Shown: positions 10,901-18,010 of the stretch, one piece after another | How the letters are laid out: each line of letters starts with the position of its first letter | How positions within the stretch are numbered: the stretch's first letter is position 1 | Virus record (IMG/VR): IMGVR_UViG_3300033067_001997 | Coordinates: 1 to 24,643 of that record | DNA length: 24,643 nt | Source of the DNA: a virus | Taxonomy: Duplodnaviria > Caudoviricetes | Direction: 5' to 3' (one strand) | Made by a program: the position numbers and the translations under genes | The notes under the pieces: generated by a model | The model's input: the letters and a program-made list of their open reading frames with translations, nothing else | The model's database searches: none | Told to the model about the DNA's origin: nothing

Positions 10901-11318
10901 AGAGATGGCTCTTGGCGAGAACAGGAAACTCACCAAGGAACAGCGCAAACAAAGGCTTATCGAGATGATCGATGAACTGTTCGAAGATGACCGCGAGGAA
11001 GAGGCGGAACGCGCCATGATACAACGCGGTAAGCAGAACATCATCGAGCGCGGGGGCAACATGATGGCCCGCACCGAATCGCTCATGACGGCATTGGAAC
11101 AGAAATTCGGAGTGCTCACAGCCAAGGACCAACGGCAGCAGAAAGCCGTGATCAAGGATGCGATGTTCGTGGAGAGCGACAATCCATTGCTCCAGAACTA
11201 CAATGATCAGACAGCCAAGCTGTATGACTTCATGAAGCAGACCGAGGGAATGGCCAGCGCCGAAGAGGTCATCTTGCCAGACAACACGACCATTGAGGAA
11301 CAAGGAGATGCGGAATGA
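7959..11318 (+). CDS. Portal vertex protein (T4 gp20-like) precursor with intein; ~703 aa after splicing
   Basis: YRAMDHSPEV, YGRSILDAARKTWKQLQLAEDALLVYRITRAPDRRVFYIEVGNL, EDYFLPVRG...IDTLPG, DIEYLENKLF..L.VPKAYL, DIRFARTI; follows terL. Confidence 0.93.
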   Translation: MAENNKDQNIFIGLLNAINPQKSARQEDPQKNVPQQFDPRGATSREDVQQKWLDWQVQKLDKDLYSRPIYFDSDRISAYQDYRAMDHSPEVRQALNIMRDECLTPNEYGEILQVYSDQERVKEALTELFGNRLNVNYMLKLWIRELLKYGDHFVLLEIDKDKGVVGLRNLPTSEIHREENYNNGPDVVRFRDDVRSTYYTEWQVAHFRLMEDSERLPYGRSILDAARKTWKQLQLAEDALLVYRITRAPDRRVFYIEVGNLAPDEIGPFIQAMQRSVKKAPVADPRNGNKEFKYNPQNVSEDYFLPVRGEHHSRIDTLPGACLALDTKIRLLDGRSLMLNDIIKEHESGKELWSYSINPKTGEMVPGKITWAGVTRKDTQVVKLTLDNGESFICTPDHKFPTKFNGKKEAKDLLGESLWSFNTKKEPIFKNKPKAKDYEKIYDHSTNEWVFTHQMVGRYFKSLGKHNEHVFLESEKSKQKNVIHHYDFNRFNNQPSNLKFMSYHDHVMLHQSMWANHEDARIVGRKEYWSNLSQDELDNKLRVAKENLSRATPALQELMKNDGFKKRFYEKTSKALQVSQNAPEFRKRQSKNVKKQWEEGSIREAVATKQKLKYTESMLQSVVSMCKSNLNGAEILVRINESGSAFMQEFMALNAGNKQLTKMKGGFTHNNLNKMVVSFGYKNWRDFTKKVEFFNHKVVSVEWLTDTQDTGTLTIDGQEQYHDYHTFSLDCQVFTYNSNLGDIQDIEYLENKLFCSLVVPKAYLNFAEGLQGGTTLSQSDIRFARTIIGFQEVVLMELHKIAKVHLFLLGFKEDYENFTLKLNNPSTQMELMKLEIMKARLEVAKEWHSMDANSFASWTWTMENILSFSKNAIKKMLKQKKVEKKLFAEIDAAPETYRKTGIFKDIDQRYEIAGADPNGGTGSENGGGGESDGFNASSALGDDGAGMDMGGGPPDLGGMEGGDTGSAPSSAPTGGDAQSAPEMALGENRKLTKEQRKQRLIEMIDELFEDDREEEAERAMIQRGKQNIIERGGNMMARTESLMTALEQKFGVLTAKDQRQQKAVIKDAMFVESDNPLLQNYNDQTAKLYDFMKQTEGMASAEEVILPDNTTIEEQGDAE
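8922..10169 (+). mobile_element. Cis-splicing intein (416 aa) with HNH endonuclease domain, in the portal gene
   Basis: LPGA|CLALDTKIRLLDG (block A), FICTPDHKF (block B), HHYDFNRFNNQPSNL (HNH), TGTLTIDG...YHTF (block F), VFTYN|S (block G). Removal restores IDTLPGA-SNLGDIQD. Confidence 0.92.
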
Positions 11319-11545
11319 AGCCCATCAGCAATGTCAATGACAACCACAAGGTCCTTGTGGATTGGCAGGCTGTGAAGGACGCCGTGGCCCAAGTGGACAA
11401 GGAGTTCCTCAAGTTCTATGGCCCAACCAAGACGAAGAAGGCCGGTATCAGGGCGCGCAAGCGCCTGATGAAGATGATCTATGAGATACACGTCATCCGC
11501 GAGAAGCTCCTCAAGCAGCGGCAGGACTACGACAGCGAGTACTAA
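11315..11545 (+). CDS. Histone H1-like (Hc1-family) small DNA-binding protein
   Basis: FLKFYG...KKAGIRARKRL matches the KFY...KAAGTRARK pattern of Hc1-like proteins. Confidence 0.7.
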   Translation: MKPISNVNDNHKVLVDWQAVKDAVAQVDKEFLKFYGPTKTKKAGIRARKRLMKMIYEIHVIREKLLKQRQDYDSEY

Positions 11546-11550
11546 GTGGA

Positions 11551-11581
11551 TTTGGCGGTATCCATGAAAGGATTATCTTTG
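11551..11581 (+). promoter_or_regulatory. Complete Bacteroidota sigma-A-type promoter: TTTG-N19-TATCTTTG
   Basis: TTTG 11551-11554, 19-nt spacer, TATCTTTG 11574-11581, ATG at 11586. Confidence 0.7.
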
Positions 11582-11585
11582 TCTT

Positions 11586-11867
11586 ATGAACTACAATAAT
11601 GCAGTCCCTACAGGCAAGAAGGAAACGAGGATTGCGAGTCTCATCCAGAGGCTTGAAATGTGCTTGACAAGCGTCGCCGCGTCCGATAGTCGTATCTCCA
11701 CCATTGTTGACAGAACGGATGGAGCAAGACCTTCGAACGAAATGAAGGCGGATGATAGGCCCATGCCCACGAGTACCTTGAGCAAGCTTCAGGATATCGT
11801 TGGTCGATTGGAGAACGTGTCCTCCAGCATCCAAGGCAATGTTACACAGCTTGAAGAACTGATCTGA
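11586..11867 (+). CDS. Hypothetical helical/coiled-coil protein (93 aa)
   Basis: Follows the promoter; its stop overlaps the next start (TGATG). Confidence 0.6.
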   Translation: MNYNNAVPTGKKETRIASLIQRLEMCLTSVAASDSRISTIVDRTDGARPSNEMKADDRPMPTSTLSKLQDIVGRLENVSSSIQGNVTQLEELI

Positions 11868-12409
11868 TGTCGCTCATAGTTGTTGACGTAGAGGCCGATG
11901 GCCCCATCCCTCATGATTACTCCATGGTGTGCTTTGGCGCAGTCATAGTGGAACCCACCCTGAGTAGAACGTTCTACGGGGAGGTCAGTCCCATATCGGA
12001 AAAGTGGGACCCGAAGGCTTTGTCCATCAGCGGCATCGACCGCGAGACCCACGAGACCTTCGATGATCCGAAGCATGTGATGCTCAATTTCAAGGAGTGG
12101 ATACTGGCGAACTCCAAGGGTAAACCGGTGTTCATATCCGACAACCCCTGCTTCGATTGGCAGTGGATCAACTTCTACTTCCACCGGTTCATCGGGGAGA
12201 ACCCGTTCGGCTTCTCCGGCCGACGCATAGGCGATCTGTACGCTGGTATGTGCAAGGACATGCGCGTTCAGTGGAAACACCTGCGAGAGACCAAACACGA
12301 CCACCATCCTGTTAACGACGCCAAGGGCAATGCCGAAGCGCTGTTGAAGATGGAAGCGATGGGGATCAAGATGCAGTTGGACGTGCTTCCTCTGAACACC
12401 ACGACCTGA
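11867..12409 (+). CDS. DEDDh 3'-5' exonuclease (Rv2179c/RNase AS-like)
   Basis: IVVDVEADGP (ExoI), NPCFDW (ExoII), HHPVNDA (ExoIII). Confidence 0.85.
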   Translation: MSLIVVDVEADGPIPHDYSMVCFGAVIVEPTLSRTFYGEVSPISEKWDPKALSISGIDRETHETFDDPKHVMLNFKEWILANSKGKPVFISDNPCFDWQWINFYFHRFIGENPFGFSGRRIGDLYAGMCKDMRVQWKHLRETKHDHHPVNDAKGNAEALLKMEAMGIKMQLDVLPLNTTT

Positions 12410-12413
12410 GACC

Positions 12414-12444
12414 TTTGGTTTAGGCCTGACAGGGTCTATCGTTG
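12414..12444 (+). promoter_or_regulatory. Probable Bacteroidota-type promoter TTTG-N19-TATCGTTG
   Basis: TTTG 12414-12417, 19-nt spacer, one-mismatch -7 element 12437-12444, ATG at 12449. Confidence 0.5.
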
Positions 12445-12448
12445 TAGT

Positions 12449-12667
12449 ATGCACATACTACTTCAATCCATTCTCTGGCTCGTCATCATCGGCGTGATCT
12501 ACGTCGTTGTCAACTGGGGTCTCGCCCGCATGGGTCTGCCGGACCTCATCAACAAGGCGCTCAATTGGATCATGGTGGCCACCGTTATTGTGCTGGTTGT
12601 CAACATCATACTCACCATCGTGGGCCATCCACTGTTCTCCCTGCCGAGATTATCATTTCATTTGTGA
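12449..12667 (+). CDS. Small membrane protein with two transmembrane helices
   Basis: Two hydrophobic runs, ILLQSILWLVIIGVIYVVVNWGL and ALNWIMVATVIVLVVNIILTIVG. Confidence 0.7.
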   Translation: MHILLQSILWLVIIGVIYVVVNWGLARMGLPDLINKALNWIMVATVIVLVVNIILTIVGHPLFSLPRLSFHL

Positions 12668-12680
12668 AGACTATCCTATG

Positions 12681-12688
12681 TACATTTG
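12681..12688 (+). promoter_or_regulatory. Bacteroidota-type -7 element TACATTTG upstream of dnaE-N
   Basis: TAnnTTTG match in the intergenic gap; TTTG at 12661-12664. Confidence 0.5.
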
Positions 12689-12715
12689 TGATAGAGGCAA
12701 GACCCCTCTCCCACC

Positions 12716-14911
12716 ATGTACATTCTAGTAGACACCGAGACAAGCGGAAAGCCGCTTGACTATAAAGCCCCTCCATCGGACTTCAATGCTTGGGGGACCG
12801 CCAGAATGGTCCAACTGGCGTGGATAGAGTATGATGAGAACGGCAAGAAGCTTTCTGCTCATGATTACCTGATAAAGCCCGATGGGTTCCACATCTCTAT
12901 GGATGCCATCGAGGTGCATGGTATCACCAACGAGCGGGCGCACGAGAAGGGCATACCGGTAAAGCAGGTCCTTGACCTGTTCCGTGAGGCGTTGTCGCGC
13001 CACCCGTACATGGTGGCCCACAACGTTGATTTCGACAAGAACGTAATCGGCTCGGAGTTCCTGCGCACGGGAGATGACAATCCGGTGGACGCCGTGTTCA
13101 CCGTCTGTACGATGAAGTCCACCGTGAACTTCGTTCAGGCCAAGGGATTCGGCGGAAGGTACAAATGGCCCAAGTTGAGCGAGCTTCACATGAAGCTCTT
13201 CAATACCAAGTTCGACGGCGCCCACGATGCGTTGGTGGATACCGAGGCGCTTGGCAGGTGTTTCTTCAAGCTCCAAGAATTGGGGATTCTCGGCTTCAAG
13301 ACGGCCCCGGAGAAGCGCAAGCTGTTCGGCAAAGACAAGACCGCAGAACTTCCGAAGGAAGAGTTGTTCAAACCTCTCGTGACCTTCGGGGTCCACACGT
13401 TCTATAGTCTGTTGCGTGGCGGTAGCTCTGTGGATGACTATGTGAAGCGTGCAAAGGACTTTGGCCACAAAGCCTTGGTGCTGACGGATAGAGGCAACGT
13501 ATCGGGGTCCTTCGAGTTCTACCAGAAGTGCAAGAAGGCGGGCATCAAACCCATCATCGGGTGCGAGTTCATGCTCAACAACAACATCGGATTGTTCGAG
13601 AACCCGGTGGACGAGGGAGGGTCATATGTGCAGAAGATCATCATCAAGAACAAGGCGGGCTACTCCAACCTCAACAAGCTCCTGTTCCTCTCCCACAGCA
13701 AAGGGTTCAGGTCCGGAGAGAGCCGCATTACCACCGATTGGCTCATTGAGAACAAAGAAGGCCTGATGGTGAGCACCTCTGGTCATGAGGGCTACGTGGC
13801 GGACCTTCTGGAGAAGGGCAAGAGAACGGAGGCCAAGGCGCATATTCTTCGATTGAAGGAAGCGTTCGGCGATGACCTTTTCGTGGAGATCAAGTTCAGT
13901 GAATTGGCGGAGCAGAAGGCGCTCAATGAATTCCTGCTGGTGATGGCCGCTGAGCACCAGATAACGACCATCATGGACAACGACGTCCACTATGCGTTGC
14001 CCAACGGCAACGAGCTTCAGGACACTGTGTACGCCATGAGCCAGAACGGTGCTGCGCTCAGCAAAGCGCGGCTGTTCGATCGGCGCAGTTTGTTCATGCC
14101 CAACAGGAGAAACTACATAGAGTTCAACAAGAACTTCGGGTATCATTATCCGGAGAAGGCGATCGAGAAGTTCATGGACAACTCGCTCCTGTTGGCCGAG
14201 CGCTGCAACTTCGAGTTCGAGATAGGCGTTGAGAAATATCCCGCGTATGAGCCCACGCAAGATGTCATAGACTTCTTCAAGACATCGGACCCAACGGAGA
14301 TAATCTATAAGATGTCCCACGCCAAGCTCAAAAAGAAGTTGACGGAGCGGGAGAAGAGAAGCGGCATCATTATGAGCGAAGAGGATCGTAAGAAGTACTT
14401 CGATAGGCTGGAGTATGAACTGGGGGTCATAAAGAGCAAGAAGATGCTCGATTACTTCATGATCAATTGGGAAGTGCTGAGAGAGTATCGGTCCAAGGGA
14501 TATGAAGTGGGTGCCGGACGTGGTTCTGCTGCTGGGTCACTTCTCTCGTGGGTGCTCGATATCACCAAGATCGACCCGTTGAAGTTCGGTTTGTACTTCG
14601 AGCGGTTCTTGAACCCCACAAGGAACTGTCTCACTGAGGACTCCGTGGTCCTCATGAAGGACGAAAGCCTCAAGCCCATCGGTAAGGTGGTCGCTGGTGA
14701 CGCCGTGGAGACCGAAAGCGGCAAAGGAGAGCTTGTACAAGTCCATGTGCGTGATATTACGGACGAGGACGAAGTGTTTGAGCTTGAGATGGAGAACGGC
14801 ACCGTATTGCGCCTCACGGGGGACCACGTCATGCCAGTTCGCAGGGATGGCCAGAGGGTGGATATCCGCGTGGAGGAGCTTCAGGAGGGGGATGAGATGT
14901 GGGTGTCGTAA
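12716..14911 (+). CDS. dnaE: DNA polymerase III alpha N-half: DnaQ-like exonuclease + PHP + start of palm, ending in a split N-intein
   Basis: VDTETSG/AHNVDFD/AHDALVD (DEDDh); HTFYSLL, GIKPIIGCE, NDVHY (PHP); GAGRGSAAGSL...IDPLKFGLYFERFLNPTRN followed by intein block A CLTEDS. Confidence 0.93.
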   Translation: MYILVDTETSGKPLDYKAPPSDFNAWGTARMVQLAWIEYDENGKKLSAHDYLIKPDGFHISMDAIEVHGITNERAHEKGIPVKQVLDLFREALSRHPYMVAHNVDFDKNVIGSEFLRTGDDNPVDAVFTVCTMKSTVNFVQAKGFGGRYKWPKLSELHMKLFNTKFDGAHDALVDTEALGRCFFKLQELGILGFKTAPEKRKLFGKDKTAELPKEELFKPLVTFGVHTFYSLLRGGSSVDDYVKRAKDFGHKALVLTDRGNVSGSFEFYQKCKKAGIKPIIGCEFMLNNNIGLFENPVDEGGSYVQKIIIKNKAGYSNLNKLLFLSHSKGFRSGESRITTDWLIENKEGLMVSTSGHEGYVADLLEKGKRTEAKAHILRLKEAFGDDLFVEIKFSELAEQKALNEFLLVMAAEHQITTIMDNDVHYALPNGNELQDTVYAMSQNGAALSKARLFDRRSLFMPNRRNYIEFNKNFGYHYPEKAIEKFMDNSLLLAERCNFEFEIGVEKYPAYEPTQDVIDFFKTSDPTEIIYKMSHAKLKKKLTEREKRSGIIMSEEDRKKYFDRLEYELGVIKSKKMLDYFMINWEVLREYRSKGYEVGAGRGSAAGSLLSWVLDITKIDPLKFGLYFERFLNPTRNCLTEDSVVLMKDESLKPIGKVVAGDAVETESGKGELVQVHVRDITDEDEVFELEMENGTVLRLTGDHVMPVRRDGQRVDIRVEELQEGDEMWVS
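14627..14908 (+). mobile_element. Split intein N-fragment (IntN, 94 aa)
   Basis: Begins CLTEDSVVLM, block B LRLTGDH, ends EELQEGDEMWVS then TAA; acidic. Confidence 0.92.
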
Positions 14912-14918
14912 GAAGTTG

Positions 14919-14949
14919 TATCTTCGCAGAACAAAGGAGAGAACAGATG
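14919..14949 (+). repeat. Imperfect direct repeat copy 1 (putative promoter/leader) TATCTTCGCAGAACAAAGGAGAGAACAGATG
   Basis: First 10 nt identical to 17841-17850, similarity continues to the ATG; TAnnTTCG resembles the -7 element. Confidence 0.6.
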
Positions 14950-16758
14950 GAGAAGACATTCAGAGAGTTGTACGCATCCCATCCTAAGGGGATAGTGATT
15001 CCTAGTTTCCAAAGGGATTACACGTGGGGTGAGGGGGAGGGAAACAAGGAATTGCTGCGTGAGTTCTTCGAACTGATGTATTCTGATTTCTACAGAAACA
15101 GGAGTGCAGCGCACAAGGAGAAGAACTACATCAGCGACATGATTGTATGGGTGCAGGATGGGAGTGCTAACATAGTGGATGGACATCAAAGGACCATCAC
15201 ATTGTCGGCTATGATACACTACTTAGAACGTGGAAAAACCATAGACGGCAAGCCATGCTTCATGCTTGCTTCTGGACTAAACACGTTGATGCACACCTTT
15301 GAGGGTGGGGAAAAGGTGATATGCAATCTGTCTTATGAAGACAAGAACTACGTCTCTGACTTCCATGACCTCTTTTTGGATGGTGCAAAGAACGACTTCC
15401 CCGAGTCTTTGAATAATCTATCGAAGTACATAGTGAACTTCTTTACAGAGAAGGAAACCGAATTGCGCGATACGCTTGGGTATAGCTCTGCTGAAGTCAG
15501 AAAAGAGTTCATGGAGTTCCATTCGTACCTTACATCAGAGGTGCAATTCTATTGCAAGGAGTGTAGCACAAAAGCGCAAGCAATCAATTCATTCATCAAC
15601 AAGAACAGGTTTCAGAAGCTTCTGTCCTTTGTTGACAAGTTGAAAATCAACCTGATCAAGGACGTGTCCATTAGCAATGAATATGACTACTTGGTAAGCG
15701 AGTTCAGAGCGTGTCAGAACAAGTTGTCCAAGAGAACAATGCCATCGCACGCCAATTTGGACAAGAAGATGAAATTTGTTGTGGAACTCATCGACATCGC
15801 ATACCACAATGGCAAGTCTTTTATCAGCAAGGAAATTGAAAAGCGTTTTCTGAGTCCTGACCATGGTCGGTTTTCAGACTATGAAAAAGCACGCGCCTTC
15901 CTTAAGTCATGGAAGGAGATATTGGACCATCTTGACACAGCAGTAGAGCACTATGATGGGCAGTACAAGAACATAGTAGAGGCGAAGGCCTTCACCTTCA
16001 TGCAGCCTATCATTCTGGCTGAATTACTAGAGGTGCCCGAAGAGGATATGAAGCTGTTGATGGCTTTCATAAAGCGCTTAGTCATATCGTGCTGGCTGAA
16101 TGTGGGGGCACTGGGTCAAAAGAAGGCAGAGAAGATTGTGCTGGACCTATGTGTTCTCATAAGAGAAAAGAAGCGCTTCAATGGGCTGACACTTGAGCAG
16201 TTCATTGATGACACAAAACAGACTGTTGGCGGCGATTGCTTGCCTATAGAATCGAACAGGGCACACCTGAAAAACATACTCAAAAACTTGTCATATCAAA
16301 CTGAAGGTGACAAGCCTAAGATCAAGTATGTTCTATACTTCTTGGAATCTGCCCTTCAGCACAACACTGGCAAATTGAACATGGACAAGGAGGTGAATCG
16401 GTTGTTCGATAACAAGACCACCATTCATACCGAACACATCATTCCTCAGATAGAACTCAATAATCCATCAACGACCAATGAGCAACGTCTATTGATAGAC
16501 TGTTTGGGGAACTTGACCATATGGGGCATACATGACAATGGCTACGCCAAGGATAAGCCATACACTGAAAAGCGAAAGGCTTTTCATGATGCTGGCTACA
16601 TCCTGACGAGGAACCTGAGTGACTCATATGATGCATTTGGATATGATGACATCAATGGTCGATGTGACGCCATGATCGATGATTTCTTGACACACTTCAC
16701 GTTCAATCCGGAAGAAGTACTTTCTAAGAAGATGCCCAAAAAGGTCATGCATGTTTGA
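14947..16758 (+). CDS. DUF262 + DUF1524 (GmrSD-like) NTPase/HNH nuclease, 603 aa
   Basis: IPSFQRDYTW, IVDGHQRTITL (DGQQR-like), FINKN (FxxxN); C-terminal EHIIPQ...LGNLT...N. ATG 14947 has AAGGAG upstream. Visibly more AT-rich than the dnaE halves. Confidence 0.85.
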   Translation: MEKTFRELYASHPKGIVIPSFQRDYTWGEGEGNKELLREFFELMYSDFYRNRSAAHKEKNYISDMIVWVQDGSANIVDGHQRTITLSAMIHYLERGKTIDGKPCFMLASGLNTLMHTFEGGEKVICNLSYEDKNYVSDFHDLFLDGAKNDFPESLNNLSKYIVNFFTEKETELRDTLGYSSAEVRKEFMEFHSYLTSEVQFYCKECSTKAQAINSFINKNRFQKLLSFVDKLKINLIKDVSISNEYDYLVSEFRACQNKLSKRTMPSHANLDKKMKFVVELIDIAYHNGKSFISKEIEKRFLSPDHGRFSDYEKARAFLKSWKEILDHLDTAVEHYDGQYKNIVEAKAFTFMQPIILAELLEVPEEDMKLLMAFIKRLVISCWLNVGALGQKKAEKIVLDLCVLIREKKRFNGLTLEQFIDDTKQTVGGDCLPIESNRAHLKNILKNLSYQTEGDKPKIKYVLYFLESALQHNTGKLNMDKEVNRLFDNKTTIHTEHIIPQIELNNPSTTNEQRLLIDCLGNLTIWGIHDNGYAKDKPYTEKRKAFHDAGYILTRNLSDSYDAFGYDDINGRCDAMIDDFLTHFTFNPEEVLSKKMPKKVMHV

Positions 16759-16789
16759 AATCTAAGTCTATGTATGATAAAGACTTCTA

Positions 16790-17863
16790 ATGGTCATCAT
16801 AGACAGAGCATTCAAAGGCGCCGAGGACCTGCACGCTTACTTAAGGGAGAGGGCGGGATTCAAGGAGGCTACACAAGAGGAGAAGGAGAATTGGCGCTAC
16901 CATACGCCTCTATGGACTTCTCCATCCAACTTTATTGGATGTGACCTTATTCACAAGGGGAAGGAGGTGGGAAAAGTGATTGCCGTCAGCCTACGTCCAT
17001 CCCTCAACAAGCAGAGCACGACGAAGGTCATGAGCTTGCAGACCGAAAGTGGGTGCTATAAGTTCAGCAATTGTGACATCCGATTCAAGAATGCCCTATA
17101 CGATGGGCGAGAACAGGTGATGAATCTGCATCCGACCCGCGCTGGGGCATATCTGTGGTCCAGAGGGTTCGTAATAGGCGAGAAGGATTACAAGTCGCTG
17201 TATTACCAGACGGAGGAGTACCAGAAGAAGTATGGCAAGACCATGGTAAAAAGACATGGCGTAGTGCGTCCATATCAGTCCAAGTCCATCAGGGCCAAGG
17301 CCAGCAAAGCCATCAAGGAGAAGTTCGGAGTGGATTGGTTCCTGACGCGCGGAACGCACTACTCCGCCATCACGAACACCATGATTGAGAAGTATGGAGT
17401 GGAGAACATCATTCACTCGTCCGACTTCTTGGAGAGGTGCGGTCAATGCACTTCCAAGGGAGAACAGGAAGTAGTTCAATACCTCGTGAGTGAATTCAGC
17501 TTGCAAGACTCGATGCACTACACAACTGGGGACACGCGGCAGGCCGTCATAACAGATCCGGAGACTTACGGGTCCTATCAGGTGGACTTCATGAACGAGC
17601 GCCTCGGCATCATCGTGGAGTTCTTCGGCGACTACTGGCACTGCCATCCAGACTTCTACAAGAAGAGTTACATCCATGACACGAATGGAAAGTCGGCAGG
17701 CGAGATATGGGCAGCCGATAAGAAGCGCCTACAGCGCCTGAAGGAACTTACGGGGTTCGAGGTGCTCGTGGTGTGGGAACGGGACTGGATGAACAACAAG
17801 GAGGCCGAGAAGGAAAGATTGCGGGCAGTCGTTTTAGAACTATCTTCGCAAAACCAAGAGTAG
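16790..17863 (+). CDS. Free-standing Vsr-like / EDxHD-type PD-(D/E)XK homing endonuclease
   Basis: Repeated KKYG/KRHG/EKFG/EKYG helical motifs, then SKGEQEV, YQVDF, IVEFFGDYWH, D.KR...GFEVLVVWERDW. Confidence 0.8.
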   Translation: MVIIDRAFKGAEDLHAYLRERAGFKEATQEEKENWRYHTPLWTSPSNFIGCDLIHKGKEVGKVIAVSLRPSLNKQSTTKVMSLQTESGCYKFSNCDIRFKNALYDGREQVMNLHPTRAGAYLWSRGFVIGEKDYKSLYYQTEEYQKKYGKTMVKRHGVVRPYQSKSIRAKASKAIKEKFGVDWFLTRGTHYSAITNTMIEKYGVENIIHSSDFLERCGQCTSKGEQEVVQYLVSEFSLQDSMHYTTGDTRQAVITDPETYGSYQVDFMNERLGIIVEFFGDYWHCHPDFYKKSYIHDTNGKSAGEIWAADKKRLQRLKELTGFEVLVVWERDWMNNKEAEKERLRAVVLELSSQNQE

Positions 17864-17869
17864 AACATG
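17841..17869 (+). repeat. Imperfect direct repeat copy 2 (putative promoter/leader) TATCTTCGCAAAACCAAGAGTAGAACATG
   Basis: Matches 14919-14949; lies in the 3' end of the endonuclease gene and ends at the dnaE-C ATG. Confidence 0.6.
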
Positions 17870-18010
17870 CAGGTAGTAAAGCTCAAGTCCAAGAGGAAGG
17901 TCGACTATACCGGTAAGGTGTATGATCTATCCTTCGTAAACGACCCATACTTTTTTGCCTCGGCAGCGGCTATGAGTGCCGGTAATAACTCGCTGATTCT
18001 CACGCATAAT
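17867..18010 (+). mobile_element. Split intein C-fragment (IntC, 48 aa)
   Basis: MQVVKLKSKRKVDYTGKVYDLSF (block F), LILTHN|S (block G with Ser+1); basic N-terminus. Confidence 0.92.

Noticed and set aside
14899-14946. GTG start at 14899 for the DUF262 gene
   Set aside because: It overlaps the dnaE-N end and the putative promoter; ATG 14947 has AAGGAG upstream and sits just before the domain start.
14912-17866. Group I/II intron interrupting dnaE
   Set aside because: The non-coding gaps are only 35, 31 and 3 nt, leaving no evident room for a ribozyme core, and split-intein motifs explain the break.
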